DNA of 64,000 nt from Polyangiales bacterium. GTDB lineage: Bacteria; Myxococcota_A; Polyangia; Polyangiales; Ga0077539. The DNA is taken from positions 128,001-192,000 of the forward strand of contig JBGARZ010000008.1 in assembly GCA_044229975.1 (NCBI GenBank), read 5' to 3'. Below are positions 9,837 through 18,539 of the stretch, piece by piece; position 1 is the stretch's first letter; the number at the start of each line of letters is the position of its first letter. Below the pieces are notes generated by a model, which did no database searches, was not told the DNA's origin, and worked only from the letters and a program-made list of their open reading frames with translations. A program made the position numbers and the translations under genes.

Positions 9837-10226
9837 CTACCAGACTCGGACGAGGCCCTCGTAGGCGTCGAGAGCCGGGTCGCGCGAGAGGAGCGGGACG
9901 TCCTCGACCAGCGCTTGCGCGATCAGGAGGCGATCGAATGGGTCGCGGTGATGGAGCGCGAGCGAAGCGACGGGCGCGAGGTGTCGCAGCTCGATCGACA
10001 GGACCGACACCTGGAGTCGCGCGAGTTGCTCTGCGATGAACTCATGCGGTGACGGTTCGAGGCGGAGCTTGCCTGTCCGATGCTTGATGCTCATCTCCCA
10101 CGCGCTGGCGACGCTCAAGAGACGTTCGTTGGCCGGGTCCAGGATCAAGGAACGCGCACGTTCGCCGAGCTGCGCCGGGTCTGAGGCGGCCCAAAGGAAC
10201 GTGTGGGTGTCGAGCAACAGGCGCAA
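9837..10226 (-). CDS. vapC: Type II TA system PIN-domain (VapC family) toxin
   Basis: LLLDTHTFLW, SVASAWEM.IK, HRDPFDRLLIAQA. Confidence 0.95.
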   Translation of the reverse strand: MRLLLDTHTFLWAASDPAQLGERARSLILDPANERLLSVASAWEMSIKHRTGKLRLEPSPHEFIAEQLARLQVSVLSIELRHLAPVASLALHHRDPFDRLLIAQALVEDVPLLSRDPALDAYEGLVRVW

Positions 10227-10233
10227 GCGATCC

Positions 10234-10446
10234 TCAGAGGTAAGCCTCGAACTCCTCGGGCGTGGCGTCGAAGTCTTCCGCCATGGTCACCCGTCCCTTC
10301 GCCGTGCCGAGCTGTGGCACCCGTCGCTCGTCCTCCGACGTTCCCCATAGTTCAAGGACCGCCCCTTCAGGAACATCGATCGGTAGTTCTGGGATCAGCA
10401 CCCTGCCGTCGAAACGCGCGCGGACGTGGATGGTGGGCTTCGACAT
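10234..10446 (-). CDS. Cognate antitoxin (70 aa)
   Basis: Immediately upstream of the PIN gene; ARFDGRVLIP..P...PEG N-terminus and G.AKG.V.MAEDFDA..EEF..Y tail. Confidence 0.85.
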   Translation of the reverse strand: MSKPTIHVRARFDGRVLIPELPIDVPEGAVLELWGTSEDERRVPQLGTAKGRVTMAEDFDATPEEFEAYL

Positions 10447-10530
10447 GACGGCAATCTACACCGCAACCCTCGCGCTCGCAGCGCCGAGCTCGTCGACGCG
10501 CAGCACGCCACCACCGCCTGTGAGCGACGC

Positions 10531-11256
10531 TTACCGGCGGTGGCGGCCGAGCGCCATGCACGCCTCCGTGACACCGCCCTCGCACGCCCGCTGGTATAGG
10601 TCGCGCGCGACACCGCGGCCCTCGTCGCACAGGGTCGCGAGCGCGGTGCACGAGTGCATGTCGCCACCATTGCATGCGAGCTCGTAGAGCTGCACCGCGC
10701 GCGCCTCGTCGCGCTCCACCTCGCGCCCTTGCAGGAAGCTGAAGGCGACCTCACCGCACGAGGGCATGATCCCTCCCTCACACGCCTGAGCGTGGAGGCG
10801 CGCGGCGCGTGCGAAGTCGCGCCCGACGCCGCGGCCGTGCTTGTAGAGCATGCCGAGCATCGAGCAGCTCCGCAGGTCGCCGTGGGCGCACGCCGGTTCG
10901 TAGAGCCGCGCGGCGCGGGGAACGTCCTGCTCGATCCCATCCCCGATGTCGTAGAGGACGCCGAGGCTCCCGCAGGCGGCGAAGTCTCCGCCGTCGCACG
11001 CGCGTTGGTACAGGAGAGCCGCCCGCGAGACGTCGCGCTCGACGCCAGTGCCCTGTCCGTAGGCGGCGCCTGCGCGGCCGCACGCCCGGACGTCGCCCCG
11101 CTCGCACGCCCGCTCACCGGTCGGGTCTGGCAACGCAACGACCGGAGGAGCCGCCGATGGAGCCGCCGGTGGAGCAACCGAGCGAGCGCCCGGGTGAGCG
11201 CACGCACCGAACGCGAAGACCGCCGCGACGATGCCGAACGCCCCCCGCCCCGTCAC
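10531..11256 (-). CDS. Sel1-like repeat lipoprotein
   Basis: Repeated AC..LG.LY..G.GV.RD..RAA.LY..AC.GG; GTG start overlaps the asnB stop (GTGA). Confidence 0.85.
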   Translation of the reverse strand: MTGRGAFGIVAAVFAFGACAHPGARSVAPPAAPSAAPPVVALPDPTGERACERGDVRACGRAGAAYGQGTGVERDVSRAALLYQRACDGGDFAACGSLGVLYDIGDGIEQDVPRAARLYEPACAHGDLRSCSMLGMLYKHGRGVGRDFARAARLHAQACEGGIMPSCGEVAFSFLQGREVERDEARAVQLYELACNGGDMHSCTALATLCDEGRGVARDLYQRACEGGVTEACMALGRHRR

Positions 11257-13277
11257 GCCACCCGATGCACCTCGGTGCGAAACGGCACCCCGTCGTCGCC
11301 ATCGTCGCGCTGCCCGATGAGCCGGTGGTGCAGCACCTGCGTCGAGAGCAACCCCACCACGGCCATGTTGTCGGCGTTGCTGAAGCCCGCGTCTCCCCCC
11401 TTCGCCGCCACCCGCCGGGCCTTCTCCAGCAGCGCCGTCGCGGCCGCCGCGTCGAACACCCCGACCTCCTTCAGCGCCGCCTCCGTCGTCAGCGCGCGCA
11501 CCCACTCGGGCGCATCGGGCCCCGTGAAGCACGCCGCGTCGGGCGCGCGGTAGGGCTGCTTCGGCCGCTCGAGAATCTCCTTCGGCAGCACCTCCGCCGC
11601 CGCGCGCTTGAGCACGTGCTTCTCGTCGAGGCCGCTGAGCTTGAAGCGCGCGGGCATCGCGTTGGCGTAGGCCATCACCTCCTTGTCGAGAAAGGGAAAG
11701 CGCCCCTCGACCGAGTTGGCCATCAGCATCCGATCACCCTGCGACGCCAGGATGTACGGGTTGAGCAGCGTGACCACCTCCAGGTACTGCGCCTGCGCGA
11801 GCGGGTCCCACCGCTTGAAGTCGTCGGGCAGCGAGGCCACCAGCGAGGCCACCGCGCCGGGCCGCGCGTCGCCCACCGTGCGCGCCTTCCACTCCGACGA
11901 GAACAGCCGCTGCAACGCCGACGCGCTCGACCACCGCGGGCCGTGCGAGAAGGTCGGGTCGTCGGGCCGCTCGATGCCCTTCGCCCAGAACTGCAATGCC
12001 AGCCCCCGCGCCGCCGCGGGCGAGCGCGCGAGCCACGGGTACAGCCGATCGAAGAGCCGCGGGCGCAGCTTCGACTGGGGCTGCCGCGACCAGAAGCGCC
12101 GCACCTTCGCCTCGCGGAAGAGGTCGTACCCGCCGAGCATCTCGTCGGACCCCTCGCCCGTCAGCACGACCTTCAGGCCCTGCTCGCGCACCAGCTTCGA
12201 CAGCAGGAAGAGCGGCGCCGGACCCGTCCGCAGCAGCGGTCGCTCGGCGTGCGCCACCACGTCGGGAAACACCCCCGCGATGTCCGACCGCGACGCCACC
12301 ACCTCGGCGTGCTCGCTGTGCAGCCGATCGACCATCAGCCGCTGGTACTTCGTCTCGTCGTACTCGGGGTCCTCGAAGCGCAGCGAGAACGTGTGGAACT
12401 TCCCGCGCACCGCATCGCGCGCCAGCCACGCGACGTAGCTGCTGTCGATGCCGCCCGACAGGTACGCGCCCACCGGCACGTCCGCCCGCAGCATCCGCAG
12501 CTCCGCCGCGTTGAGCAGCCGGTCGCGCAGGCCCTTCACCGCCTCGTCGAGCGTGCACGAGTCTTCATCGCGCGGACCGTCGCCCTGCACGCGCGGATAG
12601 CTCGGGTGCCAGTAGGTCTGGTCGACCTTCGCGCCCGAGCGGTCGTAGCGGCGCACCACGCCCGGCGGGAGCTCCTCGATGCCCGCAAACACCGACGTCG
12701 GCGCCCGCGAACCCCAGAACGTGAAGGTCTCCTCGATGCCTCGCGGGTCGAGCGCGCGCGACACGTCGGGGTCGGCGTAGAGCGCCTTCACCTCGCTGGC
12801 GAAGCGCACCCGACCGCCGCCCTCGTGCAGGAAGAGCGGGCGCACGCCCACGCGGTCGCGGCAGAGCACCAGCTCCTGGGTGCGCGTGTCCCACAGCGCG
12901 ATGGCCCACTGGCCGTTGAAGCGCGCGAAGGCGTCGACGCCCCAGCGCTCCCAGGCGTGGACGATCACCTCGGTGTCGGAGTGCGTCCGGAAGACGTGGC
13001 CCGCGGCTTCGAGCTCGACCCGCAGCTCGACGAAGTTGAACACCTCCCCGTTGAACACCAGCCACGACGTCTCATCGGTGTTGGGCATCGGCTGCTGGCC
13101 GCTCGCCAGGTCGACGATGGAGAGGCGCGCGTGGCCGAGGCCCGCCCTGCCGTCGCGGTAGACCCCGAACTCGTCGGGGCCGCGGTGGCGGATGGCCCGC
13201 ACCATCGCGCGAACGAGCTCGCGCGAGGGAGGCGGGAGCGCATCCGAGAGGTTCACGATTCCGGCGATGCCACACAT
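11253..13277 (-). CDS. asnB: Asparagine synthase (glutamine-hydrolysing) family amidotransferase
   Basis: MCGIAG, HRGPDE, RLSIVDL, FNGEVFN, LSGGIDSS, TGEGSDE, EGRFPFLD. Confidence 0.95.
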   Translation of the reverse strand: MCGIAGIVNLSDALPPPSRELVRAMVRAIRHRGPDEFGVYRDGRAGLGHARLSIVDLASGQQPMPNTDETSWLVFNGEVFNFVELRVELEAAGHVFRTHSDTEVIVHAWERWGVDAFARFNGQWAIALWDTRTQELVLCRDRVGVRPLFLHEGGGRVRFASEVKALYADPDVSRALDPRGIEETFTFWGSRAPTSVFAGIEELPPGVVRRYDRSGAKVDQTYWHPSYPRVQGDGPRDEDSCTLDEAVKGLRDRLLNAAELRMLRADVPVGAYLSGGIDSSYVAWLARDAVRGKFHTFSLRFEDPEYDETKYQRLMVDRLHSEHAEVVASRSDIAGVFPDVVAHAERPLLRTGPAPLFLLSKLVREQGLKVVLTGEGSDEMLGGYDLFREAKVRRFWSRQPQSKLRPRLFDRLYPWLARSPAAARGLALQFWAKGIERPDDPTFSHGPRWSSASALQRLFSSEWKARTVGDARPGAVASLVASLPDDFKRWDPLAQAQYLEVVTLLNPYILASQGDRMLMANSVEGRFPFLDKEVMAYANAMPARFKLSGLDEKHVLKRAAAEVLPKEILERPKQPYRAPDAACFTGPDAPEWVRALTTEAALKEVGVFDAAAATALLEKARRVAAKGGDAGFSNADNMAVVGLLSTQVLHHRLIGQRDDGDDGVPFRTEVHRVA

Positions 13278-13296
13278 GAGTCGGTGATGTTCCCTT

Positions 13297-14418
13297 CTAG
13301 CGGGCGGCCGCGTCGTGCAGCGCGCCCACCCAACCCTCGTGCATGCGCTGTTGCGTGAACCGCTCCAGCACCCGTCGTCGACCCGCCTCGCCCCGCCGCG
13401 CGCACCCTTCGGGGTCGCGCAACAGCGTCGCCATCGCGGCCCCCATCGCGGCGTGATCGCCCCGCGGGACGAGCTCTCCCGTCACACCCTTCGCCACGAT
13501 CTCGGGGTTGCCCCCGACCTCGGTGACCAGCGCCGCGCGCTCCGAGAGCATCGCCTCCAGCAGCGTCACGCTCGTGCCTTCGGAGAGCGACGCCATCGCG
13601 AAGAGGTCGCTCGCCGCGTAGATGGCCGGGATGTCCCGACGCACGCCCGCGAACACCACCCGCTCACCCACACCGAGCTCACCCGCGAGCGCCTTCAAGG
13701 GCTCGGCCTCGCCGCCGCCGACCAGCAACAACCGCGCGTCGGGGAGCTCCCGCGCGGCGTGGGCGAAGGCGCGAACGAGCGTGGGGTGATCCTTCACCGG
13801 GTGGAAGCGCGCGACGCAGGTGACGACCTTCGCGGTGGGCGCGAGGCCGAGCGACGCGCGGATGCCAGCGGGGTCGAGCTGCGCGCGCTGGGCCGGGTCG
13901 AAGCGCGACGGGTCGACGCCGTTGTAGACGACGTCGATGCGCGAGGCGGGGATGCCCTCGTTTTCGACGAGCAGGCGCTTGATGTACCCGCACACCGCGA
14001 CGACGCGGCTCGTGTAGTGGAGGAAGAGCGCGTTGTTGGCCAGAACGCGCTTGGGTCGGCGCTCGTCGGGGTAGTGCCGACCGTGCTCGACGAAGACCAG
14101 GCCCGGTCGGTGGCGCATCGGCCCCATGGCCATGGCCGCGTACGAGTACGGCGTGTACTGGTGGGCGCACACGACGTCGGGGCGCACCTCCGCGATGAGC
14201 CGATGGAGGCCGAGCGCGATGCCCGGTTGCAGCCCCTCGCGGCGGCCGAGCACCTCGACGCGAACACCGTCCGCCCGCAGCGACTCGCCGAGCGGACCGA
14301 TGCCGTCGAGGCACACCACCACCTGGGTGAGTCGGTCGCGGGTGGCCTTGAGGAAGTCGTGCACGAGCACCTCGGCGCCGCCGAAGGTCATGCTGTGGAG
14401 GACGTGCAGGACGCGCAT
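13297..14418 (-). CDS. GT4 family glycosyltransferase
   Basis: GGAE N-terminal motif; ARF.P.KDH; SLSEGTSVTLLEAM; VGGNPE. Confidence 0.92.
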   Translation of the reverse strand: MRVLHVLHSMTFGGAEVLVHDFLKATRDRLTQVVVCLDGIGPLGESLRADGVRVEVLGRREGLQPGIALGLHRLIAEVRPDVVCAHQYTPYSYAAMAMGPMRHRPGLVFVEHGRHYPDERRPKRVLANNALFLHYTSRVVAVCGYIKRLLVENEGIPASRIDVVYNGVDPSRFDPAQRAQLDPAGIRASLGLAPTAKVVTCVARFHPVKDHPTLVRAFAHAARELPDARLLLVGGGEAEPLKALAGELGVGERVVFAGVRRDIPAIYAASDLFAMASLSEGTSVTLLEAMLSERAALVTEVGGNPEIVAKGVTGELVPRGDHAAMGAAMATLLRDPEGCARRGEAGRRRVLERFTQQRMHEGWVGALHDAAAR

Positions 14419-14631
14419 GGATCAAAGCCCGGTTGAGACCCGCGACCGACGCGCGGGGAGGCGTGACCGTGCGCGAGCGGCGAGCGGCGCGTCAAGCGTT
14501 CCTCCGGGGCGCAGAGCCTTTCTCTTGCGGTCGTTGCACGGGTTTCACTAAGCTCCGCTCGTTTCTGGCGGGCTCCGCAGCAACCGGCGCATGCTCCCCC
14601 CAGGAGGATGGATACCCTCGTGAAGACACAC

Positions 14632-16563
14632 ATGTCCCGTCGAAGTTTGGCGTTGGTGGTGGCGCTGCTTGGTTCAGCGCTCCCCTCCGTCGCGTCTGCA
14701 CAGACCGTCACGGGCTGGGCGCTCGACCGCTACGAGCCGACCACCATCGGCGACGTGTTCTTCATGGCGGAGCACCCCTGGTACTCCTCCACGCGCACGT
14801 TCTCCGTCGGCCTCATCGGCGACTACGCGGTCAACCCGCTGGTGCTGCGCCAGGAGTTCATGGGCGCCGGTGGCACCACCACGACCACCACCACCAACGT
14901 CATCTCGGGGCAGCTCCAGGCGCACCTCGGCGTCGCGGTCTCCTTCCTCGACCGCATCGGCATCGGGCTCTCGCTCCCGCTGTCCCTCTCGCAGTCGGGC
15001 GACGGCTCGCCCGCCGGCACCACCGCCATCGCCCCCGCCTCCGGCGTCGCCGTCGGTGACCTCCGCATCGGCGCGCGCGTCCGCCTCGTGGGCCACGCCG
15101 ACCGCGACCCCATCTCCCTCCACCTCGGCGCCAACCTCTGGGCCCCCATCGGTGATCGCGCCAACAACACCGGCGACGGCTCGGTGCGCTTCGAGCCGCG
15201 CCTCACCCTCGCGGGTCGCGCGAGCATCATCCGGTGGTCGTTCGGCGCGGCGTTCCAGATTCGCGGCGCGCTCGACGCGGTCAACCTCGCCATCGGCAAC
15301 GAGCTGCGCTTCAACGCCGCCATCGGCTTCGTCGCCGACGAGGGTCGCCTCACCATCGGGCCGGAAGCCTACGTCGCCACCTCCATCCGCGACCTCCCGT
15401 CGGCCGTCGGCCAGGGGAGCTCGGCCTTCGAGACGGGTCAGTGGGGCGGCGAGCTCATCCTCGGCGCGCACTACACCATCGCCGACACCGTGCAGGTGGG
15501 CCTCGGCGGCGGCGTCGGCCTGGAGCGTGGCTACGGCATCCCCGCCGGCCGCGGTCTGCTCTCCGTCGCCTACGCGCCCATCACCCGCGAGCGCCCGGCC
15601 GAGATCGGCGACCGCGACCACGACGGCGTGCTCGACCCCGACGACATCTGCCCCGACACCCCGCAGGGCCCGCACCCCGACCCGGCGCGCCGCGGCTGCC
15701 CCCTGCTCGACACCGACGGCGACGGCGTCTTCGACAACGAAGACATCTGCGTGACCGTTCCGCAGGGCGAGCACCCCGACCCCACGCGCCGCGGCTGCCC
15801 GTTGCCCGACAGCGACAGTGATGGCGTCTTCGACCCCGACGACCAGTGCGTGACCACGCCGCAGGGCGATCACCCCGACCCCGATCGCCGCGGCTGCCCC
15901 GATGGTGACCGCGACCACGACACCATCCTCGACCACGCCGACGTGTGTCCGGACGTGCATCGCGGGCCGTTCCCCGACCCGGCGCGCGTTGGTTGCCCGC
16001 TCAACGACCGCGACCATGACACGGTGCCCGACACGACCGACCACTGCCCCGACGTGCCGGGCGCTCCGTCGGAGAACCCGCTGCTCAACGGCTGCCCGGT
16101 GGGCGGCGTGGTGGTCGACGGTGGGCGCATCAACATCCTGACGCCGGTGTTCTTCGACACCGACCGGGACACCATCAAGGCGCAGAGCTTCCCGGTGCTG
16201 TCGCGCGTCGCGGACGTGCTGCGGACGGCGACGTTCATCCGCCGCATCCGCGTCGGCGGCCACACCGACGACCGCGGCGATCACGATCACAACGTCGACC
16301 TGTCCAACCGCCGCGCCATCGCGGTCATGCGCTGGCTCACCGAGCACGGCATCGACTCGACCCGCATGGAGGCTCAAGGCTACGGCCCCGACGTGGCGAT
16401 CGCGTCCAACCAGACCGTGGTGGGCCGCGCCCGCAACCGCCGCGTGGAGTTCGTCATCCTCGACCCCGCGCAGCCGGCCAACACCATGACCCAGTCCGCC
16501 GCGACCGCCGACCCCGGCGACGTGCGCGACACCAACAGCCGCCGCCGCCGCACGCCGCGCTGA
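14632..16563 (+). CDS. OmpA-family outer-membrane protein with N-terminal beta-barrel and thrombospondin-3-like repeats (TraB-like architecture)
   Basis: Signal peptide; GDLRIG barrel motif; D.D.DGV.D..D.CP repeats; OmpA motifs FFDTD...GHTD...LSNRRA...NRRVEF; alternative ATG at 14608. Confidence 0.9.
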   Translation: MSRRSLALVVALLGSALPSVASAQTVTGWALDRYEPTTIGDVFFMAEHPWYSSTRTFSVGLIGDYAVNPLVLRQEFMGAGGTTTTTTTNVISGQLQAHLGVAVSFLDRIGIGLSLPLSLSQSGDGSPAGTTAIAPASGVAVGDLRIGARVRLVGHADRDPISLHLGANLWAPIGDRANNTGDGSVRFEPRLTLAGRASIIRWSFGAAFQIRGALDAVNLAIGNELRFNAAIGFVADEGRLTIGPEAYVATSIRDLPSAVGQGSSAFETGQWGGELILGAHYTIADTVQVGLGGGVGLERGYGIPAGRGLLSVAYAPITRERPAEIGDRDHDGVLDPDDICPDTPQGPHPDPARRGCPLLDTDGDGVFDNEDICVTVPQGEHPDPTRRGCPLPDSDSDGVFDPDDQCVTTPQGDHPDPDRRGCPDGDRDHDTILDHADVCPDVHRGPFPDPARVGCPLNDRDHDTVPDTTDHCPDVPGAPSENPLLNGCPVGGVVVDGGRINILTPVFFDTDRDTIKAQSFPVLSRVADVLRTATFIRRIRVGGHTDDRGDHDHNVDLSNRRAIAVMRWLTEHGIDSTRMEAQGYGPDVAIASNQTVVGRARNRRVEFVILDPAQPANTMTQSAATADPGDVRDTNSRRRRTPR

Positions 16564-16603
16564 TCTGCCCCGCCACCTCGCGCTCCTTCCCTGCCTCCTC
16601 CCC

Positions 16604-16946
16604 GGTGGTGTCCGACTTAGGACACTTATTTCTCGGCGTCTCCAAAGTAGGACAACTCGCCTCGCTCACGCCGGAGTTCACCGTGCCGCCCCTGCGCCCG
16701 CCGCGCTCGGTTCACTCCGGGCTATTTCACGCGGATGGCCCCGCCGAAGCGGGGCTCAGGAGGCCCCCATGAAGGCATTCGATGGTCCCTGGGCGGAGGC
16801 ACGGAGCCCCGCTTCGGCGGGGCCATCCGCGTGAAATAGCCCGGAGTGAACCGAGCGCGGCGGGCGCAGGGGCGGCACGGTGAACTCCGGCGTGAGCGCG
16901 TCGGGCTCTCAGCTTGGGACACTGCGCCTCAAACTCGGACACTACC
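16604..16946. mobile_element. Palindromic MITE-like element, family A copy 2 (perfect 95-bp arms 16663-16757 / 16804-16898; 46-bp loop)
   Basis: Ends GGTGGTGTCC...GGACACTACC; TCCTCCCC repeated on both sides (16596-16603, 16947-16954). Confidence 0.88.
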
Positions 16947-17003
16947 TCCTCCCCCGCACCATCGACAGCCCGGACGCTCCTGCGCTAGCGTGGGAGCCGC
17001 TCC

Positions 17004-17198
17004 ATGGCCGCCAAGACCGCCAAGAAGGAACGCTCGTTCGGCTGGGCTCCGCTCGTGCTGATGACGCTGGGCTACGTGATCCTCACGTACTTCCGCGACA
17101 CCATCGGGCCGCTGACCTCCGCGCCGGGCTTCTACCGCATCTCCGAGGACACCCCGGAGCCGCGCCGCGGCTGCATCATCCCGCGCGCGAGCCCGTAG
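17004..17198 (+). CDS. Small putative membrane protein or gene remnant (64 aa)
   Basis: GGGAG upstream; basic N-terminus plus one hydrophobic segment; GC-rich third positions. Confidence 0.5.
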   Translation: MAAKTAKKERSFGWAPLVLMTLGYVILTYFRDTIGPLTSAPGFYRISEDTPEPRRGCIIPRASP

Positions 17199-18320
17199 CT
17201 ACGCCGCCACGCCCTGCGGCAGGTGGATGACGAAGGACGTCGCCCACGACGCCCGGTGCTCCACCCCGATGGAGCCGCCGAGCGCCTCGACCGCCCGCTT
17301 GCTGAAGTACAGACCCAGACCCGCGTTGCCCATCTGCGCGACCTCGCTGCTCCCGCGGCGAAACTTCTCGAAGATGCGCGCGCGCTCGACCTCCGGGATG
17401 GCCACGCCGTCGTTGGAGACCGAGACCTCCACGTCGCCGTCGGTCTCCAGGCCGACGCGGATGCGACCGTCCTTCGGGGTGTACCGCAGGGCGTTGTCGA
17501 GGAGGTTCTCCAGCACGCGACGCAGCAGCGCGCGGTCGGTGTTGACCAGCAGCGGCGTCTCCGGCGGCGCGAGGAGACGCACGCCCCGCTCGGCCGCCTG
17601 GGGCTCGTAGGTCTCCACCACGCCGTGCAGCATCTGCGAGAGGGCGACGGGCTCGCGCAGCAGCGGCAGGCTCGCGGCCTCCATGCGCGAGATGGTCAGC
17701 AGGTCGTTGATCATCGAGCGCAGACGACTGGCCGCCTCGCGCGAGTCGTGGACGATGGGCGCCAGCTCGGGGTGCGTGCGAACCACGCCGTGCTGGAGGG
17801 CGTCGAGCCCGGCGTACACCACGCCCAGCGGGCTCCGCAGGTCGTGCACGATGAACGCCGTCAGCTCGCGCTGCTCGCGCTGCGCCGCTTCGAGCGCGGC
17901 GTGGCGACGACCCAGCTCGTCACGCGAGCGTTGCAGCTCGTCGCGCGAGTCCTTCAAGGCCAGCAGCGTGCGAACGCGCGCGAGGAGGATGGGCACGTCG
18001 ATGGGCTTCTCCAGAAACTCATCGGCTCCTGCTTCGAGGCCGCGCAGGCGGTGTTCGCGCTCGATGCTCGCGGTGACCAGCACCACCGGGACGTGACGCC
18101 CCTCCTCGCTCGCGCGCAGGCGGGTGAGCACCTCGACGCCGTCCATGCCCGGCATCATCAGGTCGAGCAGGATGAGATCGGGCCGGTCGCGCTTCACCAT
18201 CGCGAGCGCCGTCGCGCCGTCCGTCGCGCGCAGCAGGCCGTAGCCGTACGGCAGCAGGATCGCTTCGAGCGCGAGGAGGTTTCGCGGGTGATCGTCGACC
18301 AGCAGGATCCGGTGCGTCAT
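17199..18320 (-). CDS. Hybrid response regulator-histidine kinase (REC-HisKA-HATPase)
   Basis: ILLVDD...DLMMPGMDG...KP; HDLRSPL; NLLDNALRY; GLGLY. Confidence 0.93.
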   Translation of the reverse strand: MTHRILLVDDHPRNLLALEAILLPYGYGLLRATDGATALAMVKRDRPDLILLDLMMPGMDGVEVLTRLRASEEGRHVPVVLVTASIEREHRLRGLEAGADEFLEKPIDVPILLARVRTLLALKDSRDELQRSRDELGRRHAALEAAQREQRELTAFIVHDLRSPLGVVYAGLDALQHGVVRTHPELAPIVHDSREAASRLRSMINDLLTISRMEAASLPLLREPVALSQMLHGVVETYEPQAAERGVRLLAPPETPLLVNTDRALLRRVLENLLDNALRYTPKDGRIRVGLETDGDVEVSVSNDGVAIPEVERARIFEKFRRGSSEVAQMGNAGLGLYFSKRAVEALGGSIGVEHRASWATSFVIHLPQGVAA

Positions 18321-18539
18321 TCGTCGTGGCTCTCCTTTCCCCGGTGGGTCACTCCGTCGAACTGAACTCGTGCGGACCCTCACTTCATGAGGAGCCCGAC
18401 TCCCAACGGTAACCCCCTCAATCTCCGGGTGGGCATCGTGCGGTGTGACGAGGTCGTCCATGTGGCGCTATGGTGCGCGCCGCGCGAAACCGCAGGCGAA
18501 CCGTCACCTGCGCGAAGACAGAGACCACCGAAAGCTCCC

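Noticed and set aside
10809..13358. 849-aa plus-strand ORF, and similar long ORFs at 44584, 49216 and 56555
   Set aside because: Antisense shadows of well-supported genes in high-GC DNA; Arg/Ala-rich with no motifs
11253..14418. Lasso peptide or other RiPP cluster around the asnB-like gene
   Set aside because: Intact N-terminal Cys glutaminase domain, GT4 neighbour, no precursor or B protein; better fits a polysaccharide amidotransferase
14525..14554. Possible sigma70 promoter TTGCGG-N18-TAAGCT for the OmpA gene
   Set aside because: Weak match with no independent support
16722..17061. Short ORFs over the palindromic elements (also near 4196-4502 and 38126-38661)
   Set aside because: Mirror-image translations of the inverted arms; no transposase motifs
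18321..18539. SAM riboswitch or T-box upstream of the MetRS paralogue
   Set aside because: Only a short hairpin (18491-18512); no recognisable SAM-I or T-box consensus. An Infernal/Rfam scan would settle it
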